Shown piece after piece: positions 26,246 through 37,291 of a stretch of 57,865 nucleotides of DNA. This DNA is from a virus (Duplodnaviria; Caudoviricetes), in the IMG/VR virus record IMGVR_UViG_3300030101_004515, positions 1 to 57,865 of that record; one strand, 5' to 3'. Under the pieces are notes generated by a model. The model saw nothing but the letters and a program-made list of their open reading frames with translations, searched no databases and was not told the origin of the DNA. Each line of letters starts with the position of its first letter. Position 1 is the stretch's first letter. A program made the translations under genes and the position numbers.

Positions 26246-29200
26246 TTAAGAACACAATGCGCTGGATATTATCTTGCCGTCGTTGTCTATCTGTATCGCA
26301 TACCTGTTCGATGACGAAGACGTTACGTAGGCCGTACCGTTATAGAAACCTATTCTTGCCTTGTAGTACAGGTTTGATCCCGCAAAGACGGAGGTCTGCG
26401 TATAGTTCGTGTTAGCCGCCCCTGTTCCGTTCATGACGGCTGATTCGTCTGTTATGTGCAGATAGCTTCCGACCGCATATACAGTTGACGATGAGTACGC
26501 ACCATATACTTTGGCTGATGTAGGATCTGACTCGTTACAGGCATCAGTTGCGTTATTCTGCCCAGTCGATATGAATAACGCGGTAACACCTTCGTTCAAT
26601 CCCATAGTGCTTTGCTGTAAAGTTATACTTTCACTTAAAGTGGCACCATTTTCATCAGTTGCCGTTAAAGTCAACGATCCTGCTGCATTAGACCCCGAAA
26701 GATTTATGTTTACGCTAAAGTTTCCGTTTCCGCTAGATGCAGATAAAGCAGCACTATTGTTACCGGAACTTGCTAAGGACAGAGATATATTACCTTCCCC
26801 AGCTATTGCCACAGATATAGGGGTAACTACTCCGTTTATACTATAATGAGTCGATTGCCCACCGTTAAACTGTATACTATCAATACTGGCGTTAGTCGTT
26901 GTAGTAGGCGATAGATACACATTTGCAGAGCCACTTGTATCGCTGCTTAATATTTTAGTCGTACCTGTGATTGTAAAGCTATTATTTCCTTGAGCGCTCG
27001 GCTGTGTTATAACAAACGGCTCACCCGAAGTATGAGAAGTAACATGTATATAGTTATTTCCACTAGGCGTTTGGTCGCTATAGTATATTGTTGGGTTTGC
27101 TGTAAATGTACCGCTATTGCTAGCTGTAATAGTTTTGCTGTCCATACTAGCCTGACTATTGCTTGGTGTGCCTGATAGGCTTAATATACCGTTTCCTGAT
27201 ACTGTATAACCCGCGTTTGTCATATTAAGCTGTATTGCCGATGTATAAGTAGCAGTCGTGCTTATATTTAAATTAAAGGAATAATTTATGTTTCCATTTA
27301 CAGCCTGATTAGGATATGTACCAGAAAAGCCTACTGTTATTGTGTCACCGTTATCTGTAAGAACTGCGCTAAAACCTGAGCTTGAAGAAACATTAATCAT
27401 GTTAGTTGCAAGATTGGTACTTGATTTAGCAATTGTAAACTGCATTTTATTTGTAAAGCTAGATCCTATAGAACCTACAGCGTATGTTTCCGTTTCGGAA
27501 GTATTGCTCGTTCCTCCGTCTACCGTACAGCCGTCTAATGTTGAGCCAGATGCATTAAAGGTCATCGTAAGAGTTGCGTTTTGCGCACACGCAGTTACGT
27601 TTAGAGCTACTGTCGCTGATACAGAGGCGTTGCCTTTTTCAACCACCGACGTCGATGCGGTGCTTCCCGCTACGCTTCCGTCAACCGTTGCTTTTTCGTT
27701 GAATGCCGCGACGACTATACTTCCTGCTGAAGTTGTACCGGTTATATCGTTACATGATCCCTGCCCTGTAAGTCTTAGTATATATCCGCTTACTATTGCC
27801 GCGCTTATCTTAGATGCGGTAGTAGAATCGTTTGTGATTTCAAAAAACTTACCGTTTGTAAAATAGTTTCTTAAGTCTATATCCGTTGAGCCGGTAATCA
27901 GTGTGGATTGCGTAGGTATACTACCGGTAGTCAGAGTTGGTTGTATACTTGGCTGAACAATATCATAAGTAAAGTCTGCTGCGTTTGGATTTGTAAAAGT
28001 AACTCCTGGAGTTATATTCAATGTTAATGTCCTTAATGTAGCGTTTGTAACCGTTGTTAAGTTTGTTGACGCGCCGTTTGTAAGAGCATTTCCTGAGAGT
28101 GCAACACTATTCAAAGTTCCCTGAGCAATAGTTCCTTGCGTAAATACAGCATCGTCCGCTATAGAAAATCCTGAAGGTATCGCATGCAACGGCACCGTAT
28201 ATGTGACTGAAGCTGGCGCTGCTGGCTGCGTTACGGTTCTTACAGCTGTATATAAATATGCTGTTGAAGCTGAATTGCTGAAACCGCTTGTCGGTATCTG
28301 TATTCTTATAGTATTGTTGTTATTAGAATAAGTCGTAGCCGTACCTGTAGCCTGGCCTAAAGTTACTGATACTGTCTCTGTATTGCTGCTGTTTGCAGCT
28401 ACTCCTCCTGAAGGAGCGTATAAAACTTCTGGTGAATTTCCCGCGACCGTTGTAACAGCTCCTGTATGAGCAACGCTTATACTACCTGTCCAGTCAGAAA
28501 CCTGGAATAATCCTAGAGCAGGTGATGTTACCTGTATCGGTCCCTGTACATTTGTTCCTACTGAGTTTGTTGCAAAAGCCCACACGTAAAATAAAGTGTT
28601 CAATGCCGCATCTGTTTTAGTATGCGTGTAAGTTGATGCACCGCTTCCAACAGATACAGAAACATTTGTAGCATTCGCAAAAACATTTGTAGTACCTATT
28701 TTGAATCCTGCTGCTGAAACAGCCGCTCCACCGTTATTGCTTATTGTTGCAGAAACAGTAAACGAAGAAGCAGTACTTGATGTTGCTACGGTCGAAGTCA
28801 ATGATAAATCTGAAAATAAAGGTTCAGTAGTGCTTAAGCCTCCTGTTGCAGCTTGAGTTGCAGTTGTGCTCATTATTATATTTTGTCCTGCATTTGTATA
28901 TCCGCCTGGTGCAGTTATTGTTAATTGAGCTGTTCTTGTAGTATTTGCGCTTACCGGATTATAATCAAATCCAACAGTTTCACCGGCATCTGTTGTTGCG
29001 TTAACATATACTACTGATTGTAATGAACCAACATCAATGGTTGGCGCAGTTATAGTTCCGTCTGCAGCAACTGCAAAATTCGATACAGTTACATTTGCCG
29101 AAGTAAAAGCACCTGTTTCAAGCGCATTTAGCTCATTTATTTTTCCGGTTGTAGAAGTTTCAAAATATATATTTATTTCGCTTTCTATAGGTTTTGTTTC

Positions 29201-31843
29201 AAATACAGCTAAATCGATATACTTACCTCTTTTAATATAAGATGTAACCCCTAACGCAGGAAAAGCTGTATTGTCTGAGGCTGTATCATCTGTAAACAGC
29301 ATTCTTACTCCATGCAAATCTGAATCACTTGATGTTTCACCAAAAGGTGGAAGTTGAGCTATTAAATGATTGTTTTCTCTTTGATAAAAAGGCCCTCCAG
29401 CGTCATCGGTAAGAGACGAAGACCTGCTATATTCTTGTATTGTATTTACGCTTATAGAGCTAAAATCTGACAACTTACCGATACCTGTTATAGGTATTTC
29501 ATCTTCAGCTGATAAGGCTTGAATTCTTTTTTCAGCGTTGTATGCAATGGTTTTTGCTATTTGTCCAGAAGAAGCGTCCGTAACCTCTGCAGCTCCAAAA
29601 CCTGTATTACTATTCGTATCCGAAACAGAATTAAAACTTAATTGTGTTACCTCAACAAAACCTACATCAGCATTTGCTGTTAAGTCCGGGAATGTTAAGG
29701 ACCATACTACTTGTTTTTTTCTTGCTCCCAACGTAACTGTAGTTGCAGCATTAGTTAGATCTGTTTGATTTGATATAGAGCTCGTACAAGGAGTGTATTT
29801 AAAATCTTTACTAGAGCTTTGATGCCTATTAAATATTTGATATTGGTTACATGCAAATACCATTGCAGCCGAAGTAATAGTTTTTCCTCCGGTTGTCGCG
29901 CTTCTTGTTCCCGTTGTTGTTGTTGTAGTTGTATAAAAAGCTGTATTAATTACCTTAGGAAACAATATGGTATTAGATCTTGCTATAGCATTATCAGCAG
30001 AAATGGTTTCCATTAATCTTGGTATCTTGTTTATATTATCCCCAAATAATGTTATATATGAATTATTATCAACAACTGTTGCTCCCGGTGTATATACATT
30101 ATAATACTCTTGCTCTAATTGTTTTACAACTATTCTATAGGAATACCAACCATATGGATTGTATGTAGCATATACGCCGCTATCTAATTCATTTGAATAA
30201 ACATTACTATCAGGTATTAACTTACCGCTTTGAGCATTAAACGTAATTTTTAAATTATCGCCAACCCAACTGTTAAATTCTGCCGCTGTTGTTCTTGCCG
30301 GTACTGTTATAATAGAGTTTGAAGCAGTAGTTGGTAATAATACCGGTGATTGTCTACCGAATATGTCCGCTAAAACAACTCCCACTTGATAGGTTCTTCT
30401 TTGTTTTAATGAACTATCTGGATATTCTTGATTTACTAAAACCACTGTTATATTTGCACCATTAGCAGGAGCGGTATTAAAAGTAATTACACCCGTAGTT
30501 CCATCATATGCATAATTTGTGGAAGCTAATAAAACATCGTTTATATATACCGTAAATTGATTTGTATTTGTAGGGGCAATACTTGAAGCTGCAGTAGTTG
30601 GAGATTTTAATGTTAATGTAAAGGTTGTATCGCTTCCATCTCCTGTAAAAGTTTGAGTTGCTTTTGCGCCAAAAGACACTGTATAATCTAATGTAGGAAC
30701 TGTTATATTTTGAGAATAGTTACCAAACACTAATCTATTTCCAACAATATCTAAGGCTTTTGCTTTTGTAGGAACATTATCAAAAACTCTTGTTATTTGA
30801 TCTTCAGGCAAAGTTTCTTGTGGCGTATCAGATTTATAAGTATAAGTATAAAAAGTTGAAGTAATGCTAGCATCAGTTAAAGTTTTAGTTTCAACTATTC
30901 TTGCAACGGTGCTATCAGACTCTTTTATTATAATTTCAACTTCTTTTATTTCAAAATCAGCATTAGGGTTAATACTTGGTAGTTCAATACCTAAAACAGC
31001 TGTATTCACATGGTTTATCATACCATCTAATTCTGTAGATTGATATGCTCTTGCTTCTGCCGCTTCGTTAAATGTTCCGTATTCTGCTCCTGATTTATAT
31101 GAATGCTGAAAAGCTATTTGAGTAAAAGGGGCTAATACCGAGTATTCATTGTCATTAAATTTGTATCTATATGAAAACCTAACGAACTCTTCTTCTATGT
31201 AATCATTTTCAAGCGTAGCGTCATTGCTCATGGTCGATGTTCCTGCTATATCATTTTCTGTCATAAATACAACAGGCGTATACGGCGCGTACTTGGCTAA
31301 ACTTATTTTCAGTTCATTGTTGTAAAAATCTACATCTCCTATTGCTTTTACAACATTTATTCTTCGTGGTTGATTTTTATTGTCTGTCCAAAACAATAAA
31401 TCATCTATCATAGCAACTCCTGTTATTTTATATTTTTTGCTAAATTTTAAAAATCTTCCTGTAACAATTGCTTTTGCAGTTTTAAATGTTGCACTAGAAG
31501 GATTAGCATCATAATAATAAATAGCATGAAATCTAGGCTGAGTTAGCCCTGAATCTATATACCAATCAGTTGCGGATAAATCATTATTATCAGTAACAAA
31601 CCAATATATACGTTTATTTTTTTCATCAAAATACGTTCCTATTACATCTACATCTGAAGATAAACCAAGTGTTGTATGAGCTATTGTATTACCTGCAGCA
31701 TTTTGTATAACACCAACATTAGACCCGTCAGGCTTTAATACCTCTATATTTTGTGCATCTCTATATTCTCCCTCTGGCAGCAGTCTATCATCCAGGTCCT
31801 TGTTCATTTTCCCACGAAGGAAAGTATTTTTGATTTCTGGCAT
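26246..31843 (-). CDS. tail stabilisation-protein N-terminal part fused to a long Ser/Thr-rich beta extension
   Basis: MPEIKNTFLRGKMNKDLDDRLLPEGEYRDAQNI, LFWTDNKNQPRRINV, FSYRYKF, GNRLVFGNY, YQVGVVLADIFGR. Confidence 0.75.
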   Translation of the reverse strand: MPEIKNTFLRGKMNKDLDDRLLPEGEYRDAQNIEVLKPDGSNVGVIQNAAGNTIAHTTLGLSSDVDVIGTYFDEKNKRIYWFVTDNNDLSATDWYIDSGLTQPRFHAIYYYDANPSSATFKTAKAIVTGRFLKFSKKYKITGVAMIDDLLFWTDNKNQPRRINVVKAIGDVDFYNNELKISLAKYAPYTPVVFMTENDIAGTSTMSNDATLENDYIEEEFVRFSYRYKFNDNEYSVLAPFTQIAFQHSYKSGAEYGTFNEAAEARAYQSTELDGMINHVNTAVLGIELPSINPNADFEIKEVEIIIKESDSTVARIVETKTLTDASITSTFYTYTYKSDTPQETLPEDQITRVFDNVPTKAKALDIVGNRLVFGNYSQNITVPTLDYTVSFGAKATQTFTGDGSDTTFTLTLKSPTTAASSIAPTNTNQFTVYINDVLLASTNYAYDGTTGVITFNTAPANGANITVVLVNQEYPDSSLKQRRTYQVGVVLADIFGRQSPVLLPTTASNSIITVPARTTAAEFNSWVGDNLKITFNAQSGKLIPDSNVYSNELDSGVYATYNPYGWYSYRIVVKQLEQEYYNVYTPGATVVDNNSYITLFGDNINKIPRLMETISADNAIARSNTILFPKVINTAFYTTTTTTTGTRSATTGGKTITSAAMVFACNQYQIFNRHQSSSKDFKYTPCTSSISNQTDLTNAATTVTLGARKKQVVWSLTFPDLTANADVGFVEVTQLSFNSVSDTNSNTGFGAAEVTDASSGQIAKTIAYNAEKRIQALSAEDEIPITGIGKLSDFSSISVNTIQEYSRSSSLTDDAGGPFYQRENNHLIAQLPPFGETSSDSDLHGVRMLFTDDTASDNTAFPALGVTSYIKRGKYIDLAVFETKPIESEINIYFETSTTGKINELNALETGAFTSANVTVSNFAVAADGTITAPTIDVGSLQSVVYVNATTDAGETVGFDYNPVSANTTRTAQLTITAPGGYTNAGQNIIMSTTATQAATGGLSTTEPLFSDLSLTSTVATSSTASSFTVSATISNNGGAAVSAAGFKIGTTNVFANATNVSVSVGSGASTYTHTKTDAALNTLFYVWAFATNSVGTNVQGPIQVTSPALGLFQVSDWTGSISVAHTGAVTTVAGNSPEVLYAPSGGVAANSSNTETVSVTLGQATGTATTYSNNNNTIRIQIPTSGFSNSASTAYLYTAVRTVTQPAAPASVTYTVPLHAIPSGFSIADDAVFTQGTIAQGTLNSVALSGNALTNGASTNLTTVTNATLRTLTLNITPGVTFTNPNAADFTYDIVQPSIQPTLTTGSIPTQSTLITGSTDIDLRNYFTNGKFFEITNDSTTASKISAAIVSGYILRLTGQGSCNDITGTTSAGSIVVAAFNEKATVDGSVAGSTASTSVVEKGNASVSATVALNVTACAQNATLTMTFNASGSTLDGCTVDGGTSNTSETETYAVGSIGSSFTNKMQFTIAKSSTNLATNMINVSSSSGFSAVLTDNGDTITVGFSGTYPNQAVNGNINYSFNLNISTTATYTSAIQLNMTNAGYTVSGNGILSLSGTPSNSQASMDSKTITASNSGTFTANPTIYYSDQTPSGNNYIHVTSHTSGEPFVITQPSAQGNNSFTITGTTKILSSDTSGSANVYLSPTTTTNASIDSIQFNGGQSTHYSINGVVTPISVAIAGEGNISLSLASSGNNSAALSASSGNGNFSVNINLSGSNAAGSLTLTATDENGATLSESITLQQSTMGLNEGVTALFISTGQNNATDACNESDPTSAKVYGAYSSSTVYAVGSYLHITDESAVMNGTGAANTNYTQTSVFAGSNLYYKARIGFYNGTAYVTSSSSNRYAIQIDNDGKIISSALCS

Positions 31844-31847
31844 TTAT

Positions 31848-32951
31848 CTAGTGTTTAATCTGTTTAGATTTGTTTCTCATTGTAGCGGCGATTTCAGCAA
31901 GCTTAACATTCGAAAGCCTTAGCTTAGCGTTTCTCATTGCCGCTCTACGTTCTCTTCTAAATCTATTTACTATAAACTCTGGAACGTTTTGTTTTGATGA
32001 TAGAATAGCATAAGCAACGTGTTTATATAAAGCTTCTTCTGCCATTTTGTGTATCTGCATTTCTGCATCAGTTCCTAAACCATCGGATATGTAATGCAGA
32101 GTTAATATTTTTTCTGATAAATTACTGCTAAATCCAAACTGACCGTTAGCTTCATCATGTACGAAAACCCCATTAACTTGTAAATGTTCAGGCGTACTTC
32201 CATATCTTCTACCGTAACCTATAATACTATCGCTGTAATCGGAATTGTGTGTAAAATAATCGTTTGCACTTGATGAACCTAATGCCGCGTTTGTTTCAAT
32301 ACCTTCAAATAAAGGAGTTGTTTCATCATCTGTTAATAATAAAGAATCATCAGTATCAAATAAATAGTTTCCGTCTGTATCTTGTAATACTGCTTGTGAA
32401 GGTCTTGATGTTTGATTTGTTGGATATATACGTCTTTCTAAACCATTATCATCTATCCATGATAACTTTACGTAATTAACATAATCTTGGGGCATTGGCA
32501 CTATTAATGTTGAGGGTATTGTAACCTCAAATATTTTTTCAACTCTTGAAACATCATAGCTGAATTCTTGAATTGCTCTTTTCGCATGAAACACTATGTC
32601 TTGTTTAGTAGCATGATCAATTATTTTTCCGTCTCCTACATAGGCCACTAAAAAGTTGTTTACTATGTCTGCTAATGATATATATCTATAGTTACCTGTA
32701 TTTTGATCTTGTAATAAAACTTTTATTACAGCTCCGTTTGCAGGCGCTGATGTAAAAGTAATAACTCCTGAACTGCTATTATAACTATGTAAATCATCAT
32801 CAACTTCATCTCCTGCTATAAATACTCTAAATACAGACTCAGCTGTTGGTAATGGAGTAAAAGTTAATGTAAAGGTTGTAGTAGTTCCGTCCCCTGTAAA
32901 TAATTGTGAGCCTTCAAAATACTCTCTAGCTGATTGTGTAATTAGTCCCAT
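31848..32951 (-). CDS. virion structural protein (head-tail connector/ring)
   Basis: Context between capsid and tail genes; MPQDYVNYVKLSW; N-terminal GDG adaptor module. Confidence 0.65.
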   Translation of the reverse strand: MGLITQSAREYFEGSQLFTGDGTTTTFTLTFTPLPTAESVFRVFIAGDEVDDDLHSYNSSSGVITFTSAPANGAVIKVLLQDQNTGNYRYISLADIVNNFLVAYVGDGKIIDHATKQDIVFHAKRAIQEFSYDVSRVEKIFEVTIPSTLIVPMPQDYVNYVKLSWIDDNGLERRIYPTNQTSRPSQAVLQDTDGNYLFDTDDSLLLTDDETTPLFEGIETNAALGSSSANDYFTHNSDYSDSIIGYGRRYGSTPEHLQVNGVFVHDEANGQFGFSSNLSEKILTLHYISDGLGTDAEMQIHKMAEEALYKHVAYAILSSKQNVPEFIVNRFRRERRAAMRNAKLRLSNVKLAEIAATMRNKSKQIKH

Positions 32952-32954
32952 TTA

Positions 32955-33656
32955 TTATGTATTTTCTTGATTAATTTTTTGCACTTCTTCTTGCTTAGCA
33001 ACTTGCACAACACTCGGGTCTTTTATTGTTACTCCCGCAAAAGCTAATATTTTTATTATTAGTGGTACCTCTTCCGAATCATGCAGTTGAAAGTTAATTG
33101 AATTGCTACTTGAATACGCCATATCCCCATACGTTGCGCCTGAAGTAAATGCCCAGTTAGGGTCAGTTGGCTTGAATATATAGTCTAACGTAGCTGAAGA
33201 TATACTATCTGGCAATATATATATGCTTGAACCCTCCTTATAGTATATAGGATATGTAGTACTCGGTGCTGTTAATTTTGAAGCTGTAATTTGAGGTAAA
33301 TCTGATTTTTGTATCTCTTGTACGGCGGTTGCTCTTGAGCTTGTGCTTATCATTAAGCATTTGTATAGGTTAGCCGGAGTTGTGGCTATTCCGCTGGTGA
33401 ATGTTAAAGTTGAAGACGTTGAGAATAAATCTATTTTTTCTTTTGTGCTTTTAGCAAGATTCGCGTATTCGTCATTTATAGTTCCCGTTTCTTTTCTTGT
33501 TAGGTACCTGTTGTAATCTGAAAAAGATTTTTCAAATAAATCAAGCTGTGCCATTCTGGCAAACCTATTGTATTGATCAGGTGTCATGAATCCTCGTTGC
33601 TCTCTATTAAGAAGAGATAGCACGGTTCTATATACTGTATTTACATTTATGGCCAT
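32955..33656 (-). CDS. virion structural protein (tail adaptor/ring)
   Basis: VYRTVLSLLNREQRGFMTPDQYNRFA; gene context. Confidence 0.65.
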   Translation of the reverse strand: MAINVNTVYRTVLSLLNREQRGFMTPDQYNRFARMAQLDLFEKSFSDYNRYLTRKETGTINDEYANLAKSTKEKIDLFSTSSTLTFTSGIATTPANLYKCLMISTSSRATAVQEIQKSDLPQITASKLTAPSTTYPIYYKEGSSIYILPDSISSATLDYIFKPTDPNWAFTSGATYGDMAYSSSNSINFQLHDSEEVPLIIKILAFAGVTIKDPSVVQVAKQEEVQKINQENT

Positions 33657-33669
33657 ATTATTATTTATT

Positions 33670-33701
33670 ATAGCCTTTGGCCCAGTTAAGGGCCGTGACT
33701 A
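33670..33701 (-). other. intergenic hairpin
   Basis: GGCCC-TTAACT-GGGCC core with flanking TAGTC/GGCTA pairing; no U tract. Confidence 0.4.
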
Positions 33702-33708
33702 TTATTGA

Positions 33709-34527
33709 CTATTTTAATCTTTTTTCAACAGCCGTGTATATTTCAACCCCTTCATCGGTTTTGAAGAATGCTGTTAAAGCTGAATATGGGTTTTCTTCAT
33801 AAGGAACAGTAACTAATTTTTTATTATTTGATCCCCATGTAAAGGTTCTTTGGTCAGCTGAAAGTTTTATGATACCCGCTTCAACTGCTCTGATTCCCAT
33901 ATTTCTAATTTTTATGTTTTCGTCAGAGGCGAGTTCTATGAACATTCTAGGATCTCTCTTGGCTAGATTAATCAAATCGCGTTTAAGTTCCTTAGAAGTC
34001 ATCTGAGATGCCTTATTTCCGACCTCTGTACGCACTATAGCCTCAATCTGGTCAATTTCCATGTCCATTGCTATGTTTAAGGCGTCGACTTCCATTTCTA
34101 TAAAGTCCAGATCGTCTTCTGCCTGCGCAGCCGGATCAAATTCAAAAAACAAATTATCTCTTTGCGGATGATAAAGCGATAATAGTTTCTGTAAAGTTTG
34201 TTTAGATTTAGGAACTGTAAGTTGCCCGTCTTCAAAAGTTATGTGTTCCAACTTGGAGTCTCCTATAAACTCATCTACAAAAGGTGTTTTTTGATTTGCT
34301 GTATATTTTAGTTCTCTTTCATATCCCTTTTCTTCGTCGAAGTAATATATGTTAGAGCTTTTTATTGTATAAGTAAGCGGTGATAAACCGTCTTTTAAGA
34401 CATATATTCTGTCTTTTATTTGCCATGTAGGTTTTGATGCTACCGGCTCTTGTTGAATTATTTCTTTAACCGGTGCTTCTGCAACGATTGTTTCTTCGCT
34501 CTTTTGAGCTTTTGCTTTTTTTGCCAT
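33709..34527 (-). CDS. conserved phage protein downstream of the capsid gene
   Basis: 272 aa ORF; gene context. Confidence 0.7.
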   Translation of the reverse strand: MAKKAKAQKSEETIVAEAPVKEIIQQEPVASKPTWQIKDRIYVLKDGLSPLTYTIKSSNIYYFDEEKGYERELKYTANQKTPFVDEFIGDSKLEHITFEDGQLTVPKSKQTLQKLLSLYHPQRDNLFFEFDPAAQAEDDLDFIEMEVDALNIAMDMEIDQIEAIVRTEVGNKASQMTSKELKRDLINLAKRDPRMFIELASDENIKIRNMGIRAVEAGIIKLSADQRTFTWGSNNKKLVTVPYEENPYSALTAFFKTDEGVEIYTAVEKRLK

Positions 34528-34550
34528 GATATAATATAATATAAGTTAAT

Positions 34551-34597
34551 AAAAAGTAAAGCTAGGGTGTTAATCCAATTGATCACACCCTGCTCTA
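34551..34597 (-). terminator. rho-independent terminator after the major capsid gene
   Basis: Minus strand AGGGTGT...ACACCCT stem followed by TTTACTTTTT. Confidence 0.7.
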
Positions 34598-34608
34598 CTA
34601 TGAAAAAT

Positions 34609-36057
34609 TTAAGAAGTTAATAACATAAAGTTGTTAGCACCTTGTGTAATTAAACATCTTTCTGATAGGTAGTGAACCTCCATTGCATCTAGATCAGAAC
34701 TGAAGTTTCCTCCAACTGAACCAGTTGTCCAAGATTTCATTTTTCTATCATCAGTTTGAGAAGCTCTATATCTTACGTGTAAGAAAGGTCTCTTAATGTT
34801 TTTACCAAGAATTTGGTCATAAACAGTAGACGTACCTGCTGGTACGATAATACCTCTAATATCGTTTTCGATAATACCTCTTGTTGAACCGTCATTTAAG
34901 TATTTCCAGTCAGTTTTGTAGAAGTCATAAGAACCTCTTCTGAAACCAGAGAAACCTAAGTTAAGCGCCATATCTTCGCTGTTTGAGAATACACCGTAAG
35001 ATGTACCACCCGCACCGTAAGAATTTTGCGTAGCTAGCATGTCATCAATCGCTAGAGATACGTCTCTGTTGATGAATAGCATGTTTTCTTCGATCGCACC
35101 TTGAGCGTCAAATTTCTTAAGAATGTTATCAAACGAACCTAAGTCATCTGTTGGAGATGTACCAGCGATACCTGTTGTGATGTGACCTCTTGCAGTTACT
35201 GCTGCAAAAAGACCTTCAGTCCCAGCTGTATCGTTAGCCGCTGCAGTACCAAGTAGTGAGTCAACACCACCGTTTGCTTTAGCGAATTCACCTTCAATCA
35301 TTGCCATCTCAATGTTGTCTTCGAATCTTTGTCTTGTGTCACCTTCAGCTTTTAAGTACCATAGGTAACCTGATTGTCCTTGCTCACCAGTTACTTCAAC
35401 CCATCCAATTTGAGAAGCGTCAGATCCTGAAACTTCGTACTTATCTTTGATGATAATAGGCTTGTTAGTTAAAGAAGCGAACTGTGGCTGTACCGCGTTG
35501 CTCATTCCTGAAGTTCCTTTCTTAAATTCAGAACCAAATACGAATAAGTCACACGTTGCTGTTCCGTCGTCGTCAGTTGTTACGAAACCTGATACAGCAC
35601 CAACTGTTGCACCTCCTGAATAAGGAATTGCAGTTAATGTTGTATTGTCAGCTGCTACTGCAGAAACGTAAGCTTTGATTACTGTAGGAGATGTTTGGTT
35701 ATCGCTTAATACGATAGTTTGACCAACTCTTACTGCGTGAGTTCCTGAAGAAGCAATTGTGATTACACCTGTGTTAGCTACCGCCGCACCTGTGTATGAT
35801 AAATGTAGTCTACCTTGCTCAGACCAAACTACTTGGTCAGAAGTCATAGGCATTTCAGCGCTTACCATTCTTAAGAAAGAAGCTATAGATCTGTTTCCAA
35901 ATACTTCAACTTCTTGCTCGTATAAGTCTGGTAAATACTGCTGAGACCAGTCGTTTGAACCACCTGTAAATGATAGGTAGTTTGACGATAATGTCTGTTT
36001 AGCCGGTGCAGGAGTTGAATTCAACGAGGCACCAGCGCTTGGAGTTATTGCTGCCAT
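34609..36057 (-). CDS. major capsid protein
   Basis: 482 aa; follows portal and scaffold; WSEQGRLH, GTEGLFAAV, GFSGFRRG; high-expression codon usage; downstream terminator. Confidence 0.85.
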   Translation of the reverse strand: MAAITPSAGASLNSTPAPAKQTLSSNYLSFTGGSNDWSQQYLPDLYEQEVEVFGNRSIASFLRMVSAEMPMTSDQVVWSEQGRLHLSYTGAAVANTGVITIASSGTHAVRVGQTIVLSDNQTSPTVIKAYVSAVAADNTTLTAIPYSGGATVGAVSGFVTTDDDGTATCDLFVFGSEFKKGTSGMSNAVQPQFASLTNKPIIIKDKYEVSGSDASQIGWVEVTGEQGQSGYLWYLKAEGDTRQRFEDNIEMAMIEGEFAKANGGVDSLLGTAAANDTAGTEGLFAAVTARGHITTGIAGTSPTDDLGSFDNILKKFDAQGAIEENMLFINRDVSLAIDDMLATQNSYGAGGTSYGVFSNSEDMALNLGFSGFRRGSYDFYKTDWKYLNDGSTRGIIENDIRGIIVPAGTSTVYDQILGKNIKRPFLHVRYRASQTDDRKMKSWTTGSVGGNFSSDLDAMEVHYLSERCLITQGANNFMLLTS

Positions 36058-36076
36058 TTTATATTTTAATTAATGA

Positions 36077-37291
36077 TTATTTTTTTAATTTAATTCGTAG
36101 CTTACTGCTATCATCGCCTGATATTGCTCTTACTTTGATTCCTCCTGATTCAACAACTCCTGAACTAGTTTGTCGCGGGTCCATATTTATGTTTTTGGAC
36201 TCGGCTGCGATTTCCTTTACAGCTTCTGTTTTACCAAGTTGATAAAAGTGATTAGCAATGCTATCGGCGTTTTTAGCGGCAAATAATGCTTTATGATAAC
36301 CATATCCATCTTTAAGAGTTCTGTTCTCGTCTAGGTAACTACCAATAACGTTCATAACATCCATTTGGGTATTTTTAACATTGTCAACATCTTTCAATTT
36401 ATATCTGAATGTTTTATTGTCAATATTGAAATCAAAACCTTTGAATTCCTGATTGAAAACTTCATTCGTTTTTAGTTTAAATTGATTTGTCGCTTTTTCT
36501 TGTTGTTGAGCAATTTCTTGTTGCTCAGTATTGTATCTATTAAAAAAGTCTACAGCCTTCTGCTGTTCTCTGCTTAGGCCTCCCGTATTTTTAACTTCTT
36601 TATAGTATTGGTTTTTCTGACTTTCTAGATATTGTTTTGCTTTTGCAACTTCTTCTTTGTAAGCAAGCTCTTTTCTTTTAATATCTATAGGGTCGTCTAT
36701 TTCTTTGTCGAATGAATAATTATCTTCTATTAAGAAGTTAGCTTCGTCCGATGTCAAGTGAGGTTTAGTTATCGAATAATATTCTTTAATTAAATCTTTA
36801 TTATCTAAATCCCCATAATTTTTGTTTAGCCTTATGTAATCCTCCATGGACCCTCCTGTCTCATTCATAAAGTTGACAAGTTCTAAAACACCCTCAGGTA
36901 CGTTTATTTCAGGCTGTTCGACCGGTGGCGATTGCTGAATAGGTTGTTCTTCCTTAACCGGCTCCTCTTGAGTTTGTTCGGTTTTTTCAACTTCTTCTAC
37001 TATCGCTTCTTCTTTTTCTTCTTCTTTTTGACTTTCTCCGGCAGGCTCTTCAGGCTGCGTTTCGTCTTCTTTACGTACTTCTTCGCTAGCTTCGGATCCG
37101 TCGCGAACAGGAACCTCATCTGCGCTTTGCTCTTCAGTGGCATCTTTTTCTTCTTTAGGTTTTCTTAAATCTACTTTGGCTATCTCTTCGACGCCAGTAT
37201 CAAATCCCATTTTTTTCAGGGCTTTGGTTTCTTTTTCAGCTGCAGATGGGTTTTCTTCCTCTACAACTTTTGCTTTTGTTTCTTCTGACAT
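36077..37291 (-). CDS. capsid scaffolding protein
   Basis: Highly acidic disordered N-terminus plus helical region, directly upstream of the capsid gene. Confidence 0.7.
   Translation of the reverse strand: MSEETKAKVVEEENPSAAEKETKALKKMGFDTGVEEIAKVDLRKPKEEKDATEEQSADEVPVRDGSEASEEVRKEDETQPEEPAGESQKEEEKEEAIVEEVEKTEQTQEEPVKEEQPIQQSPPVEQPEINVPEGVLELVNFMNETGGSMEDYIRLNKNYGDLDNKDLIKEYYSITKPHLTSDEANFLIEDNYSFDKEIDDPIDIKRKELAYKEEVAKAKQYLESQKNQYYKEVKNTGGLSREQQKAVDFFNRYNTEQQEIAQQQEKATNQFKLKTNEVFNQEFKGFDFNIDNKTFRYKLKDVDNVKNTQMDVMNVIGSYLDENRTLKDGYGYHKALFAAKNADSIANHFYQLGKTEAVKEIAAESKNINMDPRQTSSGVVESGGIKVRAISGDDSSKLRIKLKK

Noticed and set aside
26511-30016. + strand ORFs opposite the large tail gene
   Set aside because: Same antisense shadow effect
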